From the IMG/VR virus record IMGVR_UViG_3300018481_000018, positions 3,759 to 67,758 of that record: a stretch of 64,000 bases of DNA; one strand, given 5' to 3'. The position numbers were made by a program, and so were the translations under genes. How positions within the stretch are numbered: the stretch's first letter is position 1; each line of letters begins with the position of its first letter. Positions 18,554 to 28,717 of the stretch are shown piece by piece. The DNA comes from a virus (taxonomy: Duplodnaviria > Heunggongvirae > Uroviricota > Caudoviricetes). Under the pieces are notes generated by a model. The model was not told the DNA's origin and searched no databases. It saw only the letters and a list, made by a program, of their open reading frames with translations.

Positions 18554-20847
18554 GGCCCATTACCAGCAAGATGCAGGAGGGGTGGGAGCGCGAGGACAAG
18601 ACGGGTGAGTACAAGCCTCATGCACGGGTGACCATTCAGCGTCTCCAGCTCCAGAAGTTTCCCTACGACACTGCCAAGGCGGATGGCGGGGACTGGGATC
18701 ATCAGCGGTATCGCAAGGGCGTGCACACCTCGGTCATCTTCGGTGACGAGTCCAATCCGATCGAGTTGCGCGGGATCAAGACTCTCTCGTGGAGCCGTTC
18801 CCTGGATCAGGATGTGGCGACGTGCACCCTGGAGCTGATCAACAGCGAGGTGCAGGTGATCGGCGATGTCGACGCAGAGCCCGAGCGGTACGACGACCCA
18901 GGTGCCCTCACGTACAACCGGGGCATCATGTACGACGAGCACGGGTGGCATGCCGATCCTGATGCGCTGACCGACAACCCCTGGGGGTATGTGGATGATC
19001 GCACCTGGCGGAACCTGATCGTGCCGGACCGCCTGGTCAAGACGTTCGAGGGGTACGGAGTCGACTACGACGTTTCGCCGTACGAGGACGAGAACCTGAT
19101 GATCACCGGCGTCTGGCTGATCGACAAGGTGAACTACACCGACGATGGGACGATCAAGGTCGAGATGCGTGATGTGGGGCGCATGCTTCTGACGCACATC
19201 TGTTTCCCGCCGGCGGTGCCGTACGCGGAGTACCCGCTGACCTTCTCCAAGATCCAGTCCGTTCAGGTCCCCGGGCGCGACGTCAGGGGCGGGGAGTGGA
19301 TCAGTCTCCAGGGGTTGGCTACGGCGCACTCCTCGAACTCGGCCTACATCGGCGAAGGGCTTACCGACCCGCCCTTCCCGTACTACGTCAGCGCCAAGGG
19401 GCACGTGAACGGCCACCATCCCAACCACGCGCTGCACGTCAACTCCGGCGACCGCGAGAAGTACTGGATGTCGACCGGTCAGACCACGCGGAACAGCTTC
19501 GTGTGGTGGGAAGCTGAGGTCGACTTCCCAATGGACATGGCGGGAATCCGGATCGACCCGGTTGCCGGGCCGTATCGGATCTACATCTCGGTGAAGACCA
19601 CCGACGACGGCTGGCTCGGTCGCAGGAAGATCCCGTACGACATCACTACTGAGGACATCGACAACGGGGCCAAGATCCCCTTCGTGCAGTCGGTCTGGGC
19701 TGATCGGTGGAATCGCTTCGACGTCATCTTCAAGCGGAAGTACGCCAACGTCAGGAAGATTCGGCTGACCTTCACCAAGCTGAAGGACATTCGCGCTGGT
19801 GAGTACCCCTGGCGGGCGATGCTGAAGGACATCAAGGTCTACGGCGGCAACTACAACGAGCTCTACTTCGAGAGGGGCACGGTCACCAAGGTCGTCGGCA
19901 ACTACAGGGACTACACCGGCATCGTCAAGCAGATGTGTGCGTGGGGCGGGTTCTGGTGGCCTCCTCCAGGGCTGGGGCGTCACTTCTGGCCTATCAATGG
20001 GGACGACAATCAGTACGTTCCCTACGACCATCTGGATCCCAGTTTCGTGAATGGCCGGGTGTGGGGGACGTTCCAGGCGACCGGTACGGCGGCTCAGGCC
20101 GATCTGACGGTCGACCTTTTCGACAAGCGTCCGTTCATGGACGTGATCAACTACGTGCGTGATGTGGTCGGCTTCATCTTCATGATCGACGAGTGGGGTG
20201 GCGTGGTCTGGCGCATGCCCAATCTGTACAAGGCGGGCAACTACCTGGCCCCTGAGCCGACCGACTTGGAGTCACGCGCTCGGCGTTCGCGCACCACCAA
20301 CTACGTGACCTTGGACAGCGAGGAGACGTTGCTCGAGTACAGCACCGAGCTGAGCTCAGAGAACATCAGAGAGCGGATCTTCGTCGCCAACGTGACCGGC
20401 AAGATCGGCATCGTGATCCGGGGCTTCAACCCGACCTACATCGGGTTCCGGCGGACTGCGGGCTGGACCGATCAGAACTTCAAGACCAAGCGCGAGACTC
20501 GCGTGATGGCGGACATGATCGCTGCCGCACAGATGTTCGATTACCGACGGACGTCTGTAGTCACTCCGGGCAACCCGGCCATCCAGATCGACGACCAGAT
20601 CCGGGTCTTCGAGCAGACCACCAACGAGACCTACTTCCACTACGTTCTGAGCATCAACAGTGAGCTCAGCATGGAGACGGGCGAGTGGAAGTACACCCTC
20701 AACACGCACTGGCTGGGTCACGATCGCGAGGATGCGTGGGTGGTGGATGTGCACAAGCTGGATCAGGTCACCCAGAACTACCTGAACGTGCTGGGCAACA
20801 ACGACGGCATGGGCGATCTACAGGCCGAGATTGTGGAGGGTGGCTGA
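18550..20847 (+). CDS. Baseplate hub/Tal-like minor tail protein with inserted beta-sandwich domain
   Basis: GTGA overlap; LSWSRSLDQDVATCTLEL N-terminus and GNPAIQIDDQIRV C-terminus typical of hub proteins. Confidence 0.6.
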   Translation: MRPITSKMQEGWEREDKTGEYKPHARVTIQRLQLQKFPYDTAKADGGDWDHQRYRKGVHTSVIFGDESNPIELRGIKTLSWSRSLDQDVATCTLELINSEVQVIGDVDAEPERYDDPGALTYNRGIMYDEHGWHADPDALTDNPWGYVDDRTWRNLIVPDRLVKTFEGYGVDYDVSPYEDENLMITGVWLIDKVNYTDDGTIKVEMRDVGRMLLTHICFPPAVPYAEYPLTFSKIQSVQVPGRDVRGGEWISLQGLATAHSSNSAYIGEGLTDPPFPYYVSAKGHVNGHHPNHALHVNSGDREKYWMSTGQTTRNSFVWWEAEVDFPMDMAGIRIDPVAGPYRIYISVKTTDDGWLGRRKIPYDITTEDIDNGAKIPFVQSVWADRWNRFDVIFKRKYANVRKIRLTFTKLKDIRAGEYPWRAMLKDIKVYGGNYNELYFERGTVTKVVGNYRDYTGIVKQMCAWGGFWWPPPGLGRHFWPINGDDNQYVPYDHLDPSFVNGRVWGTFQATGTAAQADLTVDLFDKRPFMDVINYVRDVVGFIFMIDEWGGVVWRMPNLYKAGNYLAPEPTDLESRARRSRTTNYVTLDSEETLLEYSTELSSENIRERIFVANVTGKIGIVIRGFNPTYIGFRRTAGWTDQNFKTKRETRVMADMIAAAQMFDYRRTSVVTPGNPAIQIDDQIRVFEQTTNETYFHYVLSINSELSMETGEWKYTLNTHWLGHDREDAWVVDVHKLDQVTQNYLNVLGNNDGMGDLQAEIVEGG

Positions 20848-20848
20848 C

Positions 20849-22774
20849 ATGTCGGGGATGGGGTATGAGGACTTCGACCTGGAGAATCGTCGAGGCGAGG
20901 TTGAGCGTCACGACGAGAACAGCGGTCGGATCGCAGAGGCGTTCGCGCGGATGCGGTCGGCCGGCCAGGGTTCGATCGAGTTCTCCGAGCGGGTGGACTT
21001 CGGTCTGACCTTCATCGAAGAGCCCTTCATGTCCTACGGCTCCCACGTTGACACCGACGAGCTCGACAACCTACTGGACTCGAATCCGACCAGCACCTTG
21101 CAGACTCCATTGCCGATCTGCACCGGCTACATCACCGAGTGGGATCGTGATGACCGAGGCTTCTATGTCGGAGCCTGGGTGGGTGTGCGCGTCTGGTTCC
21201 CCTACGAAGCAGACGTGTGGCCAGATCTCGAGGTGGAGATCTTCCATCACTACTCGTTCAAGGCGGTGGCCATCAAGGACGTGCCGATCGATCTTGACCG
21301 CGACTCGCTCGAGACTGACACCATGGAGCGGGAGGTCTCTGACCGCGTGCCGGCTGATGGTGGCGAGGTCGACGAGGACCTGGAGCTGCCGGACGAGGGT
21401 GGCGACGGTGGTGGCGACGGTGGCGATGGTGGTGGCGGAGGCGGTGGTGGTGGCGGTGGTGGCCCCACTGACCCGGATGATGGCGAGGGTGGCGACGGCG
21501 GTGGTGTCGATGGCGGTGGAGGACCTCCGATGGGCCCCGGGCCGTACGTGACGCCCCGATCCTCCAAGGCCGTTCACGAGGCGTACGGCATCTGTCAGCA
21601 CGTCAACTTCCAGACCTCTGGCAACGTCCACGCCAGTGCGGCCAACCAGGCTGCGATCATGGACCGCTACGGCCAGATGAAGGTCCATCAGATGCGGTCG
21701 ATGTATGCGCCCAACAGCTCGAGCGCTTTCAACGCTGCGGTCGACGGCTGCCGGGATCATGACGTCATGTGGAATGCGACTCTGGCCGCCCGTCAGGAGA
21801 ACGGAACGATCAACCTCTCCGAGGCGCAGATCCGGGCCAAGATCACGACGGCCGCCGAGGACCATGCCGACATCATCGGCTGGTTCGAGGGCATCAACGA
21901 GCCGAACTTCCCTTCCGACCCAGACTGGGTGGACAAGGTGCTCGAGGTGCAGTGGATCATCTGGGACGAGTGGAGCCAGCACCCCGAGCTCGACCATGTG
22001 AAGATTCTCTCGCCCTCCATGCACGACACCCGCCTCGATGCGTCCAATGGCGCGCACTGGGAGATGTTCGCCAATGCCGAGATCACGCGCGGTGGCGATA
22101 CCTACCAGGGCAAGGACCTGTGCCACATGGCGGCGGTCCACAACTATCCTGGCGGATCGCTGCCGGACACGAAGCGCAACCAGCGAGTCGGGTGGGTCTA
22201 TGACGCCTTCGGGGATGGCTTCCCGGTGAAGCTGTCCGAGTGGGGCTACACGAACGCGACGAACAAGTCGGGGCGGATCGGCGGGCACAAGGTCACCAAT
22301 GAGGCCGCCGCCGCCGCGTACTCCGCTCAGGGCATCCTCGACCATGCTCGGCTCGGCTACGAGCTCTTGCAGTACGAGTTCCTGGACGATGTGAACGCGG
22401 CCAAGAACGACACCGAGAAGAACTTCGGGCAGTACCGTGTGACGTCTACCTCGCCCTCATCCTGGACTCCAAAGCCCAGCGTCGCGGCGATCACCAACGT
22501 CCTGTCGGCGCTGAAGGATCCAGGCTCGTCCTATTCCACCACCGATGTCACACTCGACACCTCCGACATCCCCTCGAGTGTGCGGTGGCTGGTGACTCAG
22601 AAGCGCACCGGGGTCACCACGATCTGGCTGTGGCGTCACGTGGAGATGTGGAACCCGAACACCGAGACGCCGATCAACGTCAGCACCGTGAGCGTGCCGA
22701 TCACCGATGTCGTCGGGACTCGCAACATCACCGTGGGCACGATGCCGGTGGCCGTGAACGTGCGGCTGAGCTAG
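20849..22774 (+). CDS. Tail-associated protein: N-terminal structural domain, Gly/Asp linker, clan GH-A glycoside hydrolase
   Basis: FEGINEPN (acid/base), AVHNYPG and KLSEWGY (nucleophile) motifs; poly-Gly linker at 21400-21530. Confidence 0.65.
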   Translation: MSGMGYEDFDLENRRGEVERHDENSGRIAEAFARMRSAGQGSIEFSERVDFGLTFIEEPFMSYGSHVDTDELDNLLDSNPTSTLQTPLPICTGYITEWDRDDRGFYVGAWVGVRVWFPYEADVWPDLEVEIFHHYSFKAVAIKDVPIDLDRDSLETDTMEREVSDRVPADGGEVDEDLELPDEGGDGGGDGGDGGGGGGGGGGGGPTDPDDGEGGDGGGVDGGGGPPMGPGPYVTPRSSKAVHEAYGICQHVNFQTSGNVHASAANQAAIMDRYGQMKVHQMRSMYAPNSSSAFNAAVDGCRDHDVMWNATLAARQENGTINLSEAQIRAKITTAAEDHADIIGWFEGINEPNFPSDPDWVDKVLEVQWIIWDEWSQHPELDHVKILSPSMHDTRLDASNGAHWEMFANAEITRGGDTYQGKDLCHMAAVHNYPGGSLPDTKRNQRVGWVYDAFGDGFPVKLSEWGYTNATNKSGRIGGHKVTNEAAAAAYSAQGILDHARLGYELLQYEFLDDVNAAKNDTEKNFGQYRVTSTSPSSWTPKPSVAAITNVLSALKDPGSSYSTTDVTLDTSDIPSSVRWLVTQKRTGVTTIWLWRHVEMWNPNTETPINVSTVSVPITDVVGTRNITVGTMPVAVNVRLS

Positions 22775-24735
22775 TAGAGCACCTGGCCGGAGTCGAGCAG
22801 GCCGAACAGGATCGCGCCCTCCCCGGCCCAGTCGATGTCGGGGATGCCGGGGTCGGGGAAGATCCGGTAGCGCGAGGGTCGAATGGTCGACCGGAATGCC
22901 AGGAGCAGGTTGTTGAGGTAGTCGGCGCGATCGAAGTTGCCTGTGGTGATGGAGGTTGGAGGGTCTGCCACCAGGTGGTGGTTGCTCAGGACGGTGAACC
23001 TGATGACATCGTGCACGAGAAGCTCGGTGGGCAGCTGGAGCCAGGAGCCCATTCCGCCGATGGTGTCTCCGAGGTGCTCTTGGGAGGCCGCGTAGTTCTC
23101 GGGCGAATCCCCTCCTTGGCCCCACCACTGGTTCCCCACCCAGGGCTCCCACTTGCCAGGCACATGAGTGTCGTTGTACGGGTCAGGCCCTTCGCCGGCG
23201 TACCACTTGGCAACCATGTCGACCTGAGTGCTGTTGTCAGTGCCGACATACTGATCGAAGGCGTAGTCGATGTCGATCAGGGTCGAGAAGTCGTTCTCCC
23301 ACTCGAAGATCTCGTTGGGCTGGGGCGTCGGCATGTAGGGGATCTCGGAGATGGTGGTCGTTCCGACTCCACTGCGCGTTTCCTCCTCGAGCCACACGTC
23401 GGGCCTGATGGAGAAGGCTCCCGCATAGACCGCAGTACTGATGTTGCTGGCGAACCCGAAGGAGCCAGGATCGACATCGTAGGTCCACCCCACTGAGACC
23501 CCAGCCGGCCCGAAGGTACCCCATCCGGAGTCGATGTCGGTGAAGCCGGTGAAGACTGGGCAGACGCCGGGACTGGGGGACTCGAAGCCGCCGTCAGTGG
23601 TCCAGTACCAGACTCCTCCCGAGGCCCAGAAGCGGCGACTCCAGCGCCAGTCGCAGGCGATCGCGCTGGCGTCGTCGTAGACCGAGGGCTCGCCGAAGCC
23701 AGTCCAGAATCCCCGGTCGCCGCCTCGGAAGTTCGAGCGGAAGTGCATCTCCATATCCTTGGTGACGCCCTCGTCCCAGAAGTGGCTTTCGTCATCGAAG
23801 CACCACACCCTGATTTGGTCCGGAGGCTGCACCCACTCCGGCTCCTCGGCGAAGTCACCGATTCGGACGACCGCCCGAATGTAGGGCCAGTCCGAGGATC
23901 CGAAGGCGCGGATCCAGTACGTCACTCCCGCCTCCACTTCCAAGACCATGCGGCCTTGGTTCCTGGGCGGGTAGCCGAATCCGCCCGGGAAAGAGGATGA
24001 GGAGCCGACGAACGGGCCGAACGCCGAATCCCTGTACACGGTGAGAGTGACGTTCGGCCCCGGCCCATCGCCTTCAATGTCCGGGTTGAGGTAGTGCGAA
24101 AGCAGGGCGTCGATCGAGATCCGGCCCGACTGACTCGCGGTGTAGGTCCACCAGACGCCGTTGCCCTCTTCGTCTCGAGCCAGCATGGTGGGATAGCTGA
24201 CCGACATCTCGGTCAGGACCGCTGGCGGTACGGCGTCATAGGCCCTGCCAATCGGCCACTGCGTCGAGGCGGCCGGGAACTCGAAGCTTGATCCTTCGAG
24301 AGTGAGCGGGGAGACGTCGATCTCGAAGTGCATCGAGTCGGCCACGCCCAGATAGTCCCCACCCCAGCGCACCACGCCATCGACTTCATCCAGGATCGCG
24401 TGCACCTCGTCGATCTGGGCCTGAGTGAAGACGGAAGCCGTGGGCACGCCGTTGGGGTTCTGGGTGGCATTGAAGTCGATGGCGGTAGCTGAGGCGTGGT
24501 TCGACCATACGCTCGGATCGTTGACGTTCGCTCGATAGTTCCAGCCGTAACAGCCCGAGCTCTGGTTCACCGGTTGGACGCGGCTGTGCACGGCGGAGGC
24601 GACGTACTTCAAGACGTCGTGCACCTTCCCGCCGCGCACGCCGCCATAGAAGGTCACGCCGGCGACCTCGAAGGGCTCGACGTCGATCGCGCCCGCGTCG
24701 GGCGAGACCGGCCAGCCATTGGGTGAGGTGGCCAT
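22771..24735 (-). CDS. M15-family Zn peptidase (endolysin-type) fused to PPC-like and unknown domains, 654 aa
   Basis: MATSPNGWPV start (TGATG coupling at 24735); SNHASATAIDFN and RWGGDY..DSMHFEI Zn-ligand motifs; GVWWTYTASQSG...EAGVTYWIRAFG PPC-like pattern. Confidence 0.7.
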   Translation of the reverse strand: MATSPNGWPVSPDAGAIDVEPFEVAGVTFYGGVRGGKVHDVLKYVASAVHSRVQPVNQSSGCYGWNYRANVNDPSVWSNHASATAIDFNATQNPNGVPTASVFTQAQIDEVHAILDEVDGVVRWGGDYLGVADSMHFEIDVSPLTLEGSSFEFPAASTQWPIGRAYDAVPPAVLTEMSVSYPTMLARDEEGNGVWWTYTASQSGRISIDALLSHYLNPDIEGDGPGPNVTLTVYRDSAFGPFVGSSSSFPGGFGYPPRNQGRMVLEVEAGVTYWIRAFGSSDWPYIRAVVRIGDFAEEPEWVQPPDQIRVWCFDDESHFWDEGVTKDMEMHFRSNFRGGDRGFWTGFGEPSVYDDASAIACDWRWSRRFWASGGVWYWTTDGGFESPSPGVCPVFTGFTDIDSGWGTFGPAGVSVGWTYDVDPGSFGFASNISTAVYAGAFSIRPDVWLEEETRSGVGTTTISEIPYMPTPQPNEIFEWENDFSTLIDIDYAFDQYVGTDNSTQVDMVAKWYAGEGPDPYNDTHVPGKWEPWVGNQWWGQGGDSPENYAASQEHLGDTIGGMGSWLQLPTELLVHDVIRFTVLSNHHLVADPPTSITTGNFDRADYLNNLLLAFRSTIRPSRYRIFPDPGIPDIDWAGEGAILFGLLDSGQVLY

Positions 24736-26000
24736 CAGGACTTCGACCTCATCGGTCTGAACGCGCGTCTGTTCTTGTCGTCGATCTGGCGGTTCGGCTC
24801 CTCTTCGGGCTCTTCGCCGGGCCCTTCGCCTTGCGCTCCAACAGCCAGAGTCGCCCATCCGTAGAGCGGCAGGGACGGGTTGGGCGGGATGAGGGTGTCG
24901 TACCCCCCGATCAGATAGATGTACTTGTCGGCTCCCACGCACGCGATGGAGGTCACGTCCCAGTAGACAGAGACGAAGCCTGGAACGAACTCGGGAGTCA
25001 AGCCCACCCCTTCCTCCATGACTGCGTACACGATCTGCTCGTCGATCCGGTCCTGGCAGGTGACGATGGTCTTGCCGGCGAACGCGTCTCGCTCCACGTC
25101 GATCAGGAAGGGAGAGAGGCCGAAGTAGGCGTTGGAGATCGAGGTCCCACCGGCCCATACCAGGTCGCTGTCCAGCTTGTAGGTGTGCACCACGCCGCCA
25201 GTGTTGGACTTGGACACTCCCACGTGCCACCCCCCGTCGTCATGTATCGGGGCCAGCGCGGCATAGCGCGGGTAGTTCGAACCGAATTCCGGGCCCAGCC
25301 AACCAGGATCGGACCAGGTTCCCGGGGTCCCGCCCGAGATCGGCCTGGTCCAGACGGTTGTGTGCCCTGAGCCGCTGAACCAGTACTCGCCGAGCAGAGC
25401 GAACTCCTCGCTCTCGGTGTTGATCGCGCACCCGTGGACCCAGGCTGGCCACGGGAAGCTCTCATCGCCGCTGGGTGTTTCAGCCTCTTCGATCACCGTT
25501 CCGGTGCTGACTTCAAAGACCAGCGAGAACGACTTGTCATCCTCGCTCACCGTGCCGTTGTTGTGCACGATGAACAGACGGTCCTCTTCAGGCCAGGAGG
25601 AGGCGAAGGCGTCTTCTTCTGCGGTGCCGACCGGATGCGCGAAGAGCCAGTTGAAGTTCAGGTCCAAGGTCGTCGTGTTCACGTCGACCTTCCCGACGTA
25701 GAGGGAGTAGGTCTCGTAGTCAGACGACTCCGCGATCACCAGGGCGGACCCGGCCGTCCAGGGCACCACGTCGATCAGGCTCAGGGAAGGCGTTTCCGGG
25801 CGGGTGATGGTCAGAACATCGCCGATCTGAGGTCCTGTGTGACTGATGGCGACCAACTGCGTAGCCGTCTGTGGGTAGTAGTCGACGGAGAAGCCGGCTA
25901 GGGCGACGTCCTCAGCCACGCGTACGAGGCGTCCGTGGCCCGTGTCATAGCTACCTTCTGGCCCTTGGGTGATGCTCACGAGTCCGGAGAAGTCGGTCAT
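24735..26000 (-). CDS. Virion-type protein, possibly beta-propeller, 421 aa
   Basis: ATGA overlap with upstream gene; beta-rich, acidic; in the opposite-strand block. Confidence 0.55.
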   Translation of the reverse strand: MTDFSGLVSITQGPEGSYDTGHGRLVRVAEDVALAGFSVDYYPQTATQLVAISHTGPQIGDVLTITRPETPSLSLIDVVPWTAGSALVIAESSDYETYSLYVGKVDVNTTTLDLNFNWLFAHPVGTAEEDAFASSWPEEDRLFIVHNNGTVSEDDKSFSLVFEVSTGTVIEEAETPSGDESFPWPAWVHGCAINTESEEFALLGEYWFSGSGHTTVWTRPISGGTPGTWSDPGWLGPEFGSNYPRYAALAPIHDDGGWHVGVSKSNTGGVVHTYKLDSDLVWAGGTSISNAYFGLSPFLIDVERDAFAGKTIVTCQDRIDEQIVYAVMEEGVGLTPEFVPGFVSVYWDVTSIACVGADKYIYLIGGYDTLIPPNPSLPLYGWATLAVGAQGEGPGEEPEEEPNRQIDDKNRRAFRPMRSKS

Positions 26001-26698
26001 GAGCCCACCAGGGAAGAACGGACGTACTGGCCGGTGGCACGCCCCACCGAGTGGGGCGTGAACAGACTGCGGCGACCGTTGTCATCACGACCGGGGATCG
26101 GCTGCTCGCTGTCGACTCCATCGGGCGGGTCGGGCTCGGTGATTGGGTACCGAGCGATGTCCAGCCAGGTGTGGGGCCCGCCTGGTTGCCCGTAGATGTT
26201 GCCGACCTGGCTCGAGCCTGCGCTGACTCCACTGACGCTGGTCAAGATGATGATCGCCAGGCTGCCTTCGACGGTCGCTTGGCCGGTGGAGGTTCCCCCG
26301 TCATTCAAGGCGGCGATTCCCAGAACGCCTGAGACGAAGCTGGTGCCGGCGGACGCGCCGGTGACGCCCAGGGCCATGGTGAGGGATCCAGAAACAGACG
26401 CCTGTCCAGAGCTTGCGCCATCAGCACCCACGGCCAGCAGGGTGAGCTCGCCGGCTACGGCGCTGGTGCCAGCGGCTCCGCCGAAGATCCCTCGCGTGGG
26501 AGACAGGTCTCCAGAAACAGACGCCTGTCCGGAAGAGGATCCCTCGACGCTGATCCCGCTTGCGGGCGTGTAGTCCAGCTCGCCGACGACGGTCGAGGAC
26601 CCAGCCGCGACGCCTTCGAGCGTGGCCGCCTCTCCAACTTCCCACCAGCGCTCAGCGGGATGAGACTCCTGGGTTGCGCCATACCATGGGGCTGCCAT
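25997..26698 (-). CDS. Gly/Ser/Ala-repeat fibre-like protein, 233 aa
   Basis: Repeated GxSxGxSxVSGxL units; exact 21-bp repeat at 26387-26407 and 26510-26530. Confidence 0.6.
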   Translation of the reverse strand: MAAPWYGATQESHPAERWWEVGEAATLEGVAAGSSTVVGELDYTPASGISVEGSSSGQASVSGDLSPTRGIFGGAAGTSAVAGELTLLAVGADGASSGQASVSGSLTMALGVTGASAGTSFVSGVLGIAALNDGGTSTGQATVEGSLAIIILTSVSGVSAGSSQVGNIYGQPGGPHTWLDIARYPITEPDPPDGVDSEQPIPGRDDNGRRSLFTPHSVGRATGQYVRSSLVGS

Positions 26699-26707
26699 GG
26701 CCAGTCG

Positions 26708-27661
26708 TTAGGGCGCGTCCGCGTGCGGCACGGCGACGATGACGGACCTGTGAGCCGAGGAGGTCTGCCCGATCCCCGCATCCCCGAGCGCCCCCCACTG
26801 GACGGAGCCGTTGCCCGACGCGCCGGTGGTCTTGTTCACCGCCAGGAGCTTGTAGATCACATCGTCGTAGGTCACGAAGGAGCCGACGGGCGGCAGGCTC
26901 AACGGACTGGTGTCGAAGTTCGTGTTCACGCCTGCGTAGAAGAGGTGGGAGAGCCGTCCCCGGATCCCGTCCACGTCGCCGAAGAACACGTAGGGCGAGA
27001 GGTAGTAGTTGTCGTCCGGACCGACTCGGGTGGTGACCGGACTTCCTGACAGGGAGGGGAAGTCCAGCGTGAGCAGGTTGCCCGGCGTCCAGGGGTTATC
27101 GCCGATGGACTCTGAGGCGTACGCCTTGTGCGAGTTGAGGCTGTAGGCGTCGGTGCTCGTGGACTGGGTGGCTCCAAAGATGACCACCGGCTCAGGGTCC
27201 ACGCCGGAGTCGAAGTAGGGCACCAGGTCGCACATGAAGATGTAGTTGCGCACGGAGCCGTAGGTCACGTTGTCGGCATTCGCCTCTCCAGGGCGGGGCC
27301 CCTCGACCATCAGGAAGAAGTGCTCCTTGGAGATCGAGAGCGTCCAGTAGATCCAGTTCGTTGCCGTGGTGCCAGCGGCGATGCCCTTGTAGTTCAGGTA
27401 CCGGGTGGTGCCGGTCTTATCGCCCAGGGTGGTGCCGTCGTAGGAGGTGTATGCCGCCACGATCATCCGGGCGGTGCCGATCCCACCCGTGTCAGCCAAG
27501 TCGAGCACCATCTGTGCGCCACGAGTGGTGGTGCACTTGTAGGTGGTGGGTCGGGTGCCGGAGTTGGGGCGCGTCCAGTCAGCGTTGGCCAGGATCGCGG
27601 TGTTGAGGTCGGTCATGAGGTCGGCGGCGAAGGACTTGCCCTCGGTGAACGTGATGGCCAT
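26708..27661 (-). CDS. Virion structural protein, 317 aa
   Basis: MAITFTEG start with TGATG coupling at 27661; Thr/Gly-rich beta composition. Confidence 0.6.
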   Translation of the reverse strand: MAITFTEGKSFAADLMTDLNTAILANADWTRPNSGTRPTTYKCTTTRGAQMVLDLADTGGIGTARMIVAAYTSYDGTTLGDKTGTTRYLNYKGIAAGTTATNWIYWTLSISKEHFFLMVEGPRPGEANADNVTYGSVRNYIFMCDLVPYFDSGVDPEPVVIFGATQSTSTDAYSLNSHKAYASESIGDNPWTPGNLLTLDFPSLSGSPVTTRVGPDDNYYLSPYVFFGDVDGIRGRLSHLFYAGVNTNFDTSPLSLPPVGSFVTYDDVIYKLLAVNKTTGASGNGSVQWGALGDAGIGQTSSAHRSVIVAVPHADAP

Positions 27662-28299
27662 CAGGATGCTCCTACCGTGTCGAGGGCCTTGGCGTCGCGG
27701 CCCTTGTAGACCCACGCCTCCGATTCGAGCGGGTCGCCGGGAAGGTCGAAGTCGTCGATCACTTCGCCCGTCAGATCCGGAATGGGTGAAACGATGTCGG
27801 TGGCGGTGAATGAGTTGATCGTGCTGCTGATTCCACGGATGCCGACGCCGGTGTCGGTGACCAGCGAGAAGTCATCCTCGTGAGCGATCACCAGCTGGGT
27901 GTCGGCGTAGCAGTACACGACGCCATCTATCGAGACCACGCGCAGGGACTCTCCGGATGCTCGCAGGTTGCCGGTCGATGCGAGGGTGGCGAACGTGCCT
28001 GCCGCGCGTCGATAGAGGCCGACAACGGCTGCGTTCACCTGAACGTAGGTGAGGTTGTTGAGGTCGCGGTAGTGCAGCACGATTCCGGAGTTGCTGGGGT
28101 TCGCCGTCAGCTCGATGGTGATGTCCACGTCGTGCGAGAACGTCGCGTCCGCGATCGCGACTCCCTCAGTACTGCTGATCGAGGCGTGATTCGACACGAT
28201 GGTGAAGTTCGCCGGCCCGACCTGCGTCCAGGTCTCGCCGGTGTCGGCATTCCCCAGAGCGCCATTGGCGCGGTTGAACGAATCAGTGATGGTTGTCAT
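27661..28299 (-). CDS. ConA/LamG-like beta-sandwich (lectin-like) protein, 212 aa
   Basis: DSFNRANGALG..GETWT N-terminus and alternating beta strands typical of phage lectin-fold tail proteins. Confidence 0.5.
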   Translation of the reverse strand: MTTITDSFNRANGALGNADTGETWTQVGPANFTIVSNHASISSTEGVAIADATFSHDVDITIELTANPSNSGIVLHYRDLNNLTYVQVNAAVVGLYRRAAGTFATLASTGNLRASGESLRVVSIDGVVYCYADTQLVIAHEDDFSLVTDTGVGIRGISSTINSFTATDIVSPIPDLTGEVIDDFDLPGDPLESEAWVYKGRDAKALDTVGAS

Positions 28300-28303
28300 G
28301 CGT

Positions 28304-28717
28304 TCAGGCCGTTCGCCCTCGGGTGGCCTTCTTCAGGGCGACCTTCTCCTCGCGCCTCTTCTGTGCCGGATTCTTCTCAAGCTCTGCGGCGAGGGCGAGG
28401 ATCAGGCCGGTGTCGCTGGCGTCGCAGGTGACCTGTCGAGACTGGGACTCGGACTTGATGACCACGATCTCGGGGTAGGTGATCATGGCGGGGATGCCAC
28501 TGGCGGTGGAGGACTGGGTGTTCTGTTCGGTCATGATCCACACGTCGCCACGGCGCAGCACGTAGTCCTTGGTCACCGTGCCCACGGCCACCGTCTCGCC
28601 GGGACTGCTCCCAGGCCGCTTGTACTTCTCCGCCTCCTCGGCGGTGAAGGTCTCCCACTCCTCGGTGGTCATGGCCTTCTCGAAGCCAGCTGCCTCCAAC
28701 TTCTCCAGGTCGAACAT
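28304..28717 (-). CDS. Hypothetical protein, 137 aa
   Basis: SD GGAGGA before ATG 28717; TGATG coupling. Confidence 0.65.
   Translation of the reverse strand: MFDLEKLEAAGFEKAMTTEEWETFTAEEAEKYKRPGSSPGETVAVGTVTKDYVLRRGDVWIMTEQNTQSSTASGIPAMITYPEIVVIKSESQSRQVTCDASDTGLILALAAELEKNPAQKRREEKVALKKATRGRTA

Noticed and set aside
21400-21530. GGT/GGC microsatellite as a mobile or CRISPR-like repeat
   Set aside because: It is an in-frame poly-Gly linker
24736-25230. 5' extension of the 819-aa track ORF 22771-25230
   Set aside because: Overlaps the 421-aa gene in another frame and reads as low-complexity Arg-rich shadow; real start is ATG 24735
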